Below are positions 9,701-16,383 of a stretch of 16,383 nucleotides of DNA, piece by piece. Positions within the stretch are counted from its first letter, which is position 1; the number at the start of each line of letters is the position of its first letter. The notes beneath the pieces were generated by a model. The model was not told the origin of the DNA and searched no databases. It saw only the letters and a program-made list of their open reading frames with translations. The DNA lies in contig JBJCIZ010000873.1 of NCBI GenBank assembly GCA_051294375.1, positions 1-16,383 on the forward strand, written 5' to 3'. The translations under genes and the position numbers were made by a program. This DNA is from Paraspadella gotoi (Eukaryota > Animalia > Chaetognatha).

Positions 9701-10144
9701 CAGATCTTTTTCACGCGCTCTTTCCTCTACAAGATAAATCATTCACCTCCTCTCTATTAAACTATCATATCACTTACAATTTCTCTATCGCCCTCCTCAC
9801 ATCCAGTGGCGCAGGTATACATCCAACAACTTCACATCCCATCACAGATTTACTTCTTCACAATCCTTCACATACAACATTACATAAATTTGCGACTCAC
9901 TTCGACATCAAATCATTTAACATTCCCAAGCATCGAAGCTATTTGCAGTCGATATACTGTCAATACATCCTGTCTTCCCACGATACAACTTAGTTGTACT
10001 TACATCAATTCTAGTAACGACTTAAGATTCCCTACAGTCACTCTACTTCTCATCACCACAAAAATCACCCTTCCTTTCATCCAGTCTTTACTCCTTGGGA
10101 AGTGCCAAAAGATGATTGTATTCCTTTCTCTGGAGGGAACACTG

Positions 10145-10290
10145 CTTCTCTCTCCTCTTTTCTTCCTAGCACCAAGCAGCTCTCCGTTCTCTCTCTCGTC
10201 TCTCTCTCGCTCTTTCTTCTCTCTTCCCTCAGCTTCACTAGAACTCATCTCTCCCTCTCTCTCTCATCTTCCATTCTCCTCTCCTCTATC
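10145..10290. repeat. Degenerate (CT)n tract
   Basis: CT-rich run. Confidence 0.8.
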
Positions 10291-10559
10291 TACCACACTG
10301 CCTGCGTGTTTAACGACCCCTTTGGATCGTAGGCCGTTCCAAAGACAAGGCGCCAACACTTCCTTTTCCTTTTATGAAGTTGTTCAAACATGTGTAAACA
10401 ACGGGAATTTAAACTGGAATTCAAACCATTAACATTTCCACTCCCTACAATTGATGAACATAATTTTATGTCGGGGACACAAAGAGGTTGGTTGTAAGCA
10501 GGAAAGCGTACGGGCAATATTCCGAGTGACCCATTACGTTCTTATCCTAAAGATATTTA

Positions 10560-10730
10560 TGATAATCTCTAACAGCAATACCTGTAACCCTAGTTTAATA
10601 TTTCCAACTAAATCTTAATACCTTAATCATTAACAAAACATTAAATCATTAACCGATCTTTAACCTAATTCTGACATTTCAACTTTAGTAATAAAGTTTA
10701 AATCTTACGTAATTCTCAATTTAAGCTAAG
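10560..10730 (+). repeat. Degenerate copy of the TAATC/TAACC minisatellite family
   Basis: Contains taatctctaac, taaccctag, ccttaatcattaac and taacctaattc, as in 61-490. Confidence 0.7.
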
Positions 10731-10983
10731 CTGAAATGGGGATATTTTTTGGGGCAATAGGATTGAAATAAAACTTTAAGAAACAAGCGTAAGAATGGCA
10801 GAAATCCTGTTGCCTATAGCAGCAAATTCTGGACGCACAATATTATAATTAGCGACTGCAATCTTTTTTTCTATTTAACTTAATCGTTTTGGGGTAAATT
10901 TGAATAGCTGGATTTTTACGAAATATTTTTCGGTTGCGTCGAGGCGGAGCCGCGTTTGTTTGATTCATTTATTTCAAGTGTAT

Positions 10984-10997
10984 GTGTCACGTGACAC
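10984..10997. promoter_or_regulatory. CLEAR element / extended E-box (GTCACGTGAC) within the 14-bp palindrome GTGTCACGTGACAC
   Basis: Exact match to the MiT/TFE (TFEB) CLEAR consensus. It sits in a CpG-rich island (~10930-11045) between the 3' end of the upstream gene and the 5' end of the TRPML-like gene. An ETS-like ACCGGAAAT lies at 11074-11082. Confidence 0.6.
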
Positions 10998-11159
10998 CCG
11001 CCGGTACACGATGACAAGAAGCCTTCACTGGCGGCGGCACGCATCTAAGTTAAAAATTATGCGTTATAATATAACCGGAAATGTTAAAAAAAATAAGAAA
11101 TTAGTTCATAAGAGAAACATGAGATAAATGATATGATATATTATATATTAAATAAATAT

Positions 11160-14100
11160 AAATAAAATCGAAGTCTTCGCTCCTGTTCTGAACTTTTTTC
11201 CATCGTTCGTCCAATTTCCCGGCGTAGTCAACATTGCCAATGTTTGTCATCGCCTTTTTCTCTCTCTCGGAATTTTTAAATTATGGCGAATGTCAATTTG
11301 ATGATCGATTGCATTTGGCAGATAATATAAGTAATGTTCGAAATGCGGCTGCCGTAATGCAAGCTCAACGGGAATTCGCTGAAAAAGATGAGAATTCTTC
11401 TCTCTCGCTCCTCTTAATCTCATCTCTCTCTCTCTCATTCTTCGCCTCCTCTCTCTCTCGTCTCTCTTCGTAGATCTCTCTTCTCTCTCTCTCTCCCCAG
11501 CTCGACCTCAGAGCGTCGGGTCAGATCCGCAGACGAAAAAAGATTTAAAAAAGAAAAATAAATTGCTTCCGCATTTGTAAACGGAACTTTTGAAATTTTT
11601 CGCTATGTTCACAGCTTTTCTTTCTTTTTGTATTACAATATTTCCTATTCTTTTTATAAAAAGCACTATGTGTCATTTATTAATTTTAACCTGGGAATCC
11701 AAAACACATTTGTTTACTTTGAGATTTATTATTTTTGAAGATTAAAAATCCTTGGAATTTATGTGTTTAAATCGTCGCTTATGAATCTTTTTCCGTTGTA
11801 AATGGTGTGCCGTGTAATATCTTCAGTGTAAATTCCAATTAGTCCCATTCATCATAACATCATGCATTCATCATCATCGTCAATTGTCACATCATCATCC
11901 ATCCATCATCAATAATTATCATCGGTCGTCGTCGTAATCATCATCGGTCAAATCATCATGGCATCGAACTCTTTCAGCATTCAGATCAGGGAGATCATCT
12001 ATCATCATCATCATCAATCATTAATTCACGCGTCACATATACATCCATCCAACGGTCGTCAATCATATCATATAGGTCAATCATATACATATCATCAATG
12101 GTCCATCGAATCTTGCATCCATCTATGACGTGTCAAATCGTCATCTGGTCGCGTGCTTTGCGAGTTATCCACTTCTCTCATTTCCAGAGCCAAGAGTGGG
12201 AAAATAACCAGGTGTGTTACACTTAGATATAGATCGCAGACACGCACGGAAACATCTTTTCAAACAAAGGATTCACCATTTTCGCAATCAACTTCATTGA
12301 AATAAAATGAAAAGCAAACGACAAAAGAAACGCTTAGGTTTTGAAACTGAAACCGAAAAAAAAATAATAAATTAATTCGGTTTCTGTTCTAATCCCATGA
12401 ACTAAAATTTTCTTAAAAAACTTAATCCGACCACGAAGTAATTTTAAACCGAACTTGAAACCCTATACTAACCCGACTATGCCCTAGATCATATCTATTT
12501 ATTAATAATCGCACTTATTCCCTTTACCTATCTTTGACTCTGAAATATTCGAATTCTGATTTCACTTTAGTTTTTCACTTTATTTGAAAAATATGGGTAC
12601 AAATCAACTGTAAAGTTTTTCTCCACTTAAAAAATTTACCAAAACCCCTTTTGAACGGTAGATAATTAAAAATTTACTTTGCCCATTTAAAGAATTCATC
12701 GTAAATAAATTCTATAATTTACAATTTTCCTATAGTAACGTAATAAAAATTTTAAAAATTCATTAGAATCAGATTTCAAAAAGGCGTTTGATTGTGAAAG
12801 AGTTTTGTATAAAATTTGTTAAAGTGAAAATTTTTTTCTTTTTAAAAAACTACTTTTATTAAAGCTGGTTAAATCTGAACAACTAGAAGATAATTAACTA
12901 ACTATATTAAAATTTTATCATAAAAAATTTCTGGATAACTTGACTTAAATTTTTTAAGTTGCTTTTTTTTTTTTTTTATAAATTCATTAGGTAAGAACTT
13001 TTGAAATTTTAATATTTCATTATGGTAAATTATTACTCATAACCCGCAGATATGGCAGCAAATTTATAAAAGAAAAATTATAAATCGAACTGTTATATGA
13101 CAACTTTTCAAAAATTTAAACTTGAACATCAAGTTTATTATATATAGCATAACAGAACGAAAAAATATTTTAAATTAAAATATCTGCCGATGACTAATGA
13201 CAATGCAAGGGTAGACTTCCATACTCAACGGTCACAACACGTCTGTCGATATCTCAAACTGCTGTCTCTCTCTCTCTCTCGATTCTCCATCTCTCATCTA
13301 ATCTCCTCTGCTCTCTCGTCTGCTCTCTCTCTCGTCTCTCTCCTCTCATCGTCGTCCTTCTCTCTCCATCTCTCTCGTCTTCTCTCTCTCTCTCTGTGGT
13401 CTCTTCCGCCCTATTGTTTCTCGCAGGGGTTCCGAACTAGACAATGTAAAGAATGTATAAATAAAATTATTTGTATCTTTTTATGATTTTTGATAAGTTT
13501 AATTGGTTATTGTTATGTTTAAATTTTGATTTGTAAATATATAAAATTGTATTTTTTCATTATACACACCCTTTCATTTTCTTTGCATATAATATTTCCA
13601 ACGTCCAATATGTTTAAAACGTCTTTATCCCTCATTGCAAAGAATCAGTTGTTTATCTTAATGAATAGAAAGAATTGACCTGGTCTGTTGTGTTCTTTAT
13701 TTTAATCTCTCTCTCTACCTTCTCTCTCGCTCTCGAGTTCATCGATTCGTCTTTCCCTCGTCTCGCAGTCCTGATCTCTCTCCGTCCTCTCGTCCTTCTC
13801 TCTTGTCCTCTTCTTCTCTGATCATCCTTCAATCTATATTTTCTGCTCTAACCGTTTAATTATCCATCAAAGTCATTTTTTTTGTTTCCGTTGGTTATTT
13901 TTTTTTATTTTCGGACAATTGCGAAATACTGTGAAGTCGACGGACGGAGTAAAAGATTACTCAAGGGATTAATATTTTTTTTTTTTTTTGGCCGAAACAA
14001 AGTGAAAAAAACAGAAAACCGGAATTTGATCAAAAAAAAGAAACCCAAATGCCAAAGATTTTCTTCTCTTGGGAAGTTTTTTTCGACTTTTAAATAGTAG

Positions 14101-16203
14101 TGATTTTTTAATTCAATGATAAAATTCACACTTTGTTTACACGAAAACTATTTTCAACATGTTCGCCACAATACGAAAATGAAATCAGGCCTATGGATAC
14201 ACAAATTTTTTTTGCGACAACAGGCATCAGGGGTAGGTTGTTAGAGTCTAAATAATTAATCTGATAAAAACTTTTTAATTGTTAATTATTAATTTTTTTT
14301 CATTCTATTAATTTGTTATTATATTAATATTACTTATTGATTATTGTTATTATTTAATTATTTTGGTTTTTTTCTTAAATTATTTGAAGCGCAAAGTAAT
14401 TCCGTTGTAGAAAACAAACGTTACTGGCTGGTTTTGAAACACCTATGTTTATCCGAGGTTCAATTGATTTTGTTAAAATAACTGAAACGACCCTTAATAC
14501 ACGTCAGATGGCATCATCTATCCGATCATACATCATCAATCAGAGTCTCATCATCAATCACACGCCTTCCTTTAAATTTTTCTTCGTTCAGTTTCTCGAT
14601 TTCTTCTGTCGGATTATTTTGTCCATCTCATGTTCTCGAATTTTCCTTTTCTTCCCTCTTTTCCTTAGCTTCGCCTTGTAAACCGTCTTGGTTTCGATTC
14701 AAAAGAAACCGGCTTCTGTTTTCCCCAGAGGGCCCCCTTTCTGGTCGCTTTATCCCGGAATACTATTCTTCTAACTTTTAACATAATCAATAAATCCTTA
14801 TAACAACCAACCTACTATAAACTTAAATGCTTTATTCCTCTTAATTTCTAATTATAAATCTTAAACCGGGAAGACCCTAAAATATTATAAATGCCCACTA
14901 ATCATTAACCCCCAATTCCTAAACTTTAATTATCAAACGATTCTCCTCTACCTTAATTCAAAAAACAGCCAAATTCCTAACTTATTAAATCATTAACCGC
15001 AAAGGTCTACTTAAGCCTAACCTTAATCATTAACCATCAATTCCTCCTTTATCAAGTAGTCAATCTTTTTGTTAACTTTTAACCTAATCTCTACCTTAAC
15101 ATTTAACCCAATTCCTAACTATCATTACGCAAGCTTAAACCAATCTAAACCTATTAATCATTAACCAATCCTAACTTTTATCATTAAACTAATCCTAACC
15201 TTGATCCCACTATTATTAACCCATTGTCCTAACTTTAATTCTTAACTCAATCTCTAACCTAATTTCTTCTAACTTACTCTAAACTTTATTTGTATGATCT
15301 AGATTAAAAATTTAGTCTTACATTCAATTTAAGATGGAAATAAGGGGTGTTTGCTGGGAAAATAGAGCCTCAACCATCCCTTGGTTTCATGATCCGTCTG
15401 TCGGTCTGTCTGGTCCTCCGCTCCGGGAATCTTTTATCTCTGGTCCTCTTCAAAGTCCACGTTGCTTTTTCCTTAATTGTAGGAGCCCTTGTGGTTATTG
15501 ACTGTTTGGTCTGTCTGCCGCTTCTGACTGTTTTTTTTTGTTCTTTCCTTTTTTGTTATTGGTTTGGGGGATTTGCGTTCGGTTGACGGTGAAAGATCAC
15601 ATAGATGACCCGAGGGGAGGAGGTGAAAAGAAAAGTAAACATTCTCCTGGCCTCTCTCTTCTCTTCTCGACTCTCGTTCTCTTTCTATCTCTGCTCTCGT
15701 TTCTTCGATCGAACATTCCGAGAAAAAAGAATAAGAAAAAACAAATTCTTTCATCTACGTATTTTTTTTTTTGTCGAATCAAGAATGATTTGAGAAATAA
15801 AATAAATAAGAAAACAGATATTCAATATTTTTTTTGTCGCTGTTTAATTCATAAAAACCTGCAAACAAATTTTAATGTTTGACTGTTTTACTTCCGATTC
15901 AGTTTGTTATCCCTGATTTTTTTTTTCAGATTTGAAAAGAACAGAAAAAAACGAATTAACTTAAATTATCGTGAAAAAAACAAACAATAATATCAACAAA
16001 AAAATAACAATTCAAAAAAGAAAAAAAATGGGAGCCTTGTTTTCAAAGCGAAAGGAGGAGCCAGAACCCACAGGTTGATAAGAACGAAATACAATTTAAA
16101 TTCATTAAATTTAAACCAAATATGTTACTTAAATATTTTCAAACATTTTTTGTTCTTTCAGCCCCAGTGGCGGCACCGGGTAAAATAATCGAGCAAAGTC
16201 CGC
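11160..16203 (-). CDS. Fragments of a second multi-exon gene, product unidentified
   Basis: Candidate exons: from 11378 (acceptor ctcatctttttcag; RIPVELALRQPHFEHYLYYLPNAIDHQIDIRHNLKI, then shifted MTNIGNVDYAGKLDERWKKVQ); ~11590-11507 (KVPFTNAEAIYFSFLNLFSSADLTRRSE); ~12297-12130 (KLIAKMVNPLFEKMFPCVSAIY); from 13928; ~14765-14563 (K/E/R-rich); ~15610-15500; from 16203. Linking them into one gene is inference. Confidence 0.3.
11395..11497. repeat. Degenerate (CT)n tract
   Basis: CT-rich run. Confidence 0.85.
11845..12125. repeat. Degenerate (CAT)n/(CATC)n microsatellite region
   Basis: catcatcat, catccatc and ggtcaatcat motifs recur throughout. Confidence 0.85.
13262..13395. repeat. Degenerate (CT)n tract
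   Basis: CT-rich run. Confidence 0.9.
13705..13820. repeat. Degenerate (CT)n tract
   Basis: CT-rich run. Confidence 0.8.
14813..15660 (+). repeat. Direct, indel-rich duplicate of window positions 1-1018
   Basis: Shared anchors in the same order: ctataaacttaaat, taatttctaattata, aaaccgg, the minisatellite, aatttaagatgga, accatcccttggtttcat, cacgttgctttt, ggatttgcgttcggtt, ggggaggaggtgaaaagaaaagtaaac, then the CT tract. Confidence 0.93.
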
Positions 16204-16383
16204 CTAAGGTGAGTTTTGAATATTGAAGTTAGTAATTTAATTTAAATTGTTCATACAACAGTCTACTCGACTTATTTGATTATTTGATCAAAATAAAAAA
16301 ATATTATTTAATATTCAATGTAAAATAAATAATCTTGATAATGGTTGATTATGAAATTGGTACAACCAATATAAAAATTATCC

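Noticed and set aside
9806-10432. Longest ORF (208 aa, + strand)
   Set aside because: No recognisable domain. Part of it is a CT tract and the rest is the antisense shadow of a GA-rich block. Its start codon is GTG.
1-15660. LTR retrotransposon bounded by the two direct repeats
   Set aside because: There is no gag/pol signature, TG..CA ends, PBS or PPT, and the interior looks like host intron-exon sequence.
1044-15700. Calling the frameshifted genes pseudogenes
   Set aside because: The indel pattern seen against the clean copy 1-1018 points to sequencing error, so pseudogene status cannot be inferred.

Overview
AT-rich eukaryotic (most likely invertebrate animal) genomic DNA with spliceosomal introns and abundant (GA/CT)n, (CAT)n and TAATC/TAACC-type low-complexity repeats. 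There are no prokaryotic features, RNA genes or CRISPR arrays. Two N gaps (538-745, 1019-1043) follow a clean block (1-1018) that recurs as an indel-riddled copy at ~14813-15660. This suggests that most of 1044-~15700 is uncorrected long-read gap fill, so frameshifts there cannot be trusted. In this noisy region a series of minus-strand GT-AG exon candidates (~9700 down to ~1215) translates into fragments resembling, in the right order, a divergent mucolipin/TRPML-type channel (moderate confidence, by-eye similarity only). Just upstream lies a perfect CLEAR/TFEB element, GTCACGTGAC (10986-10995). Fragments of a second, unidentified minus-strand gene lie at ~11160-16203. Almost all ORFs in the supplied track are microsatellite or N-gap artefacts.
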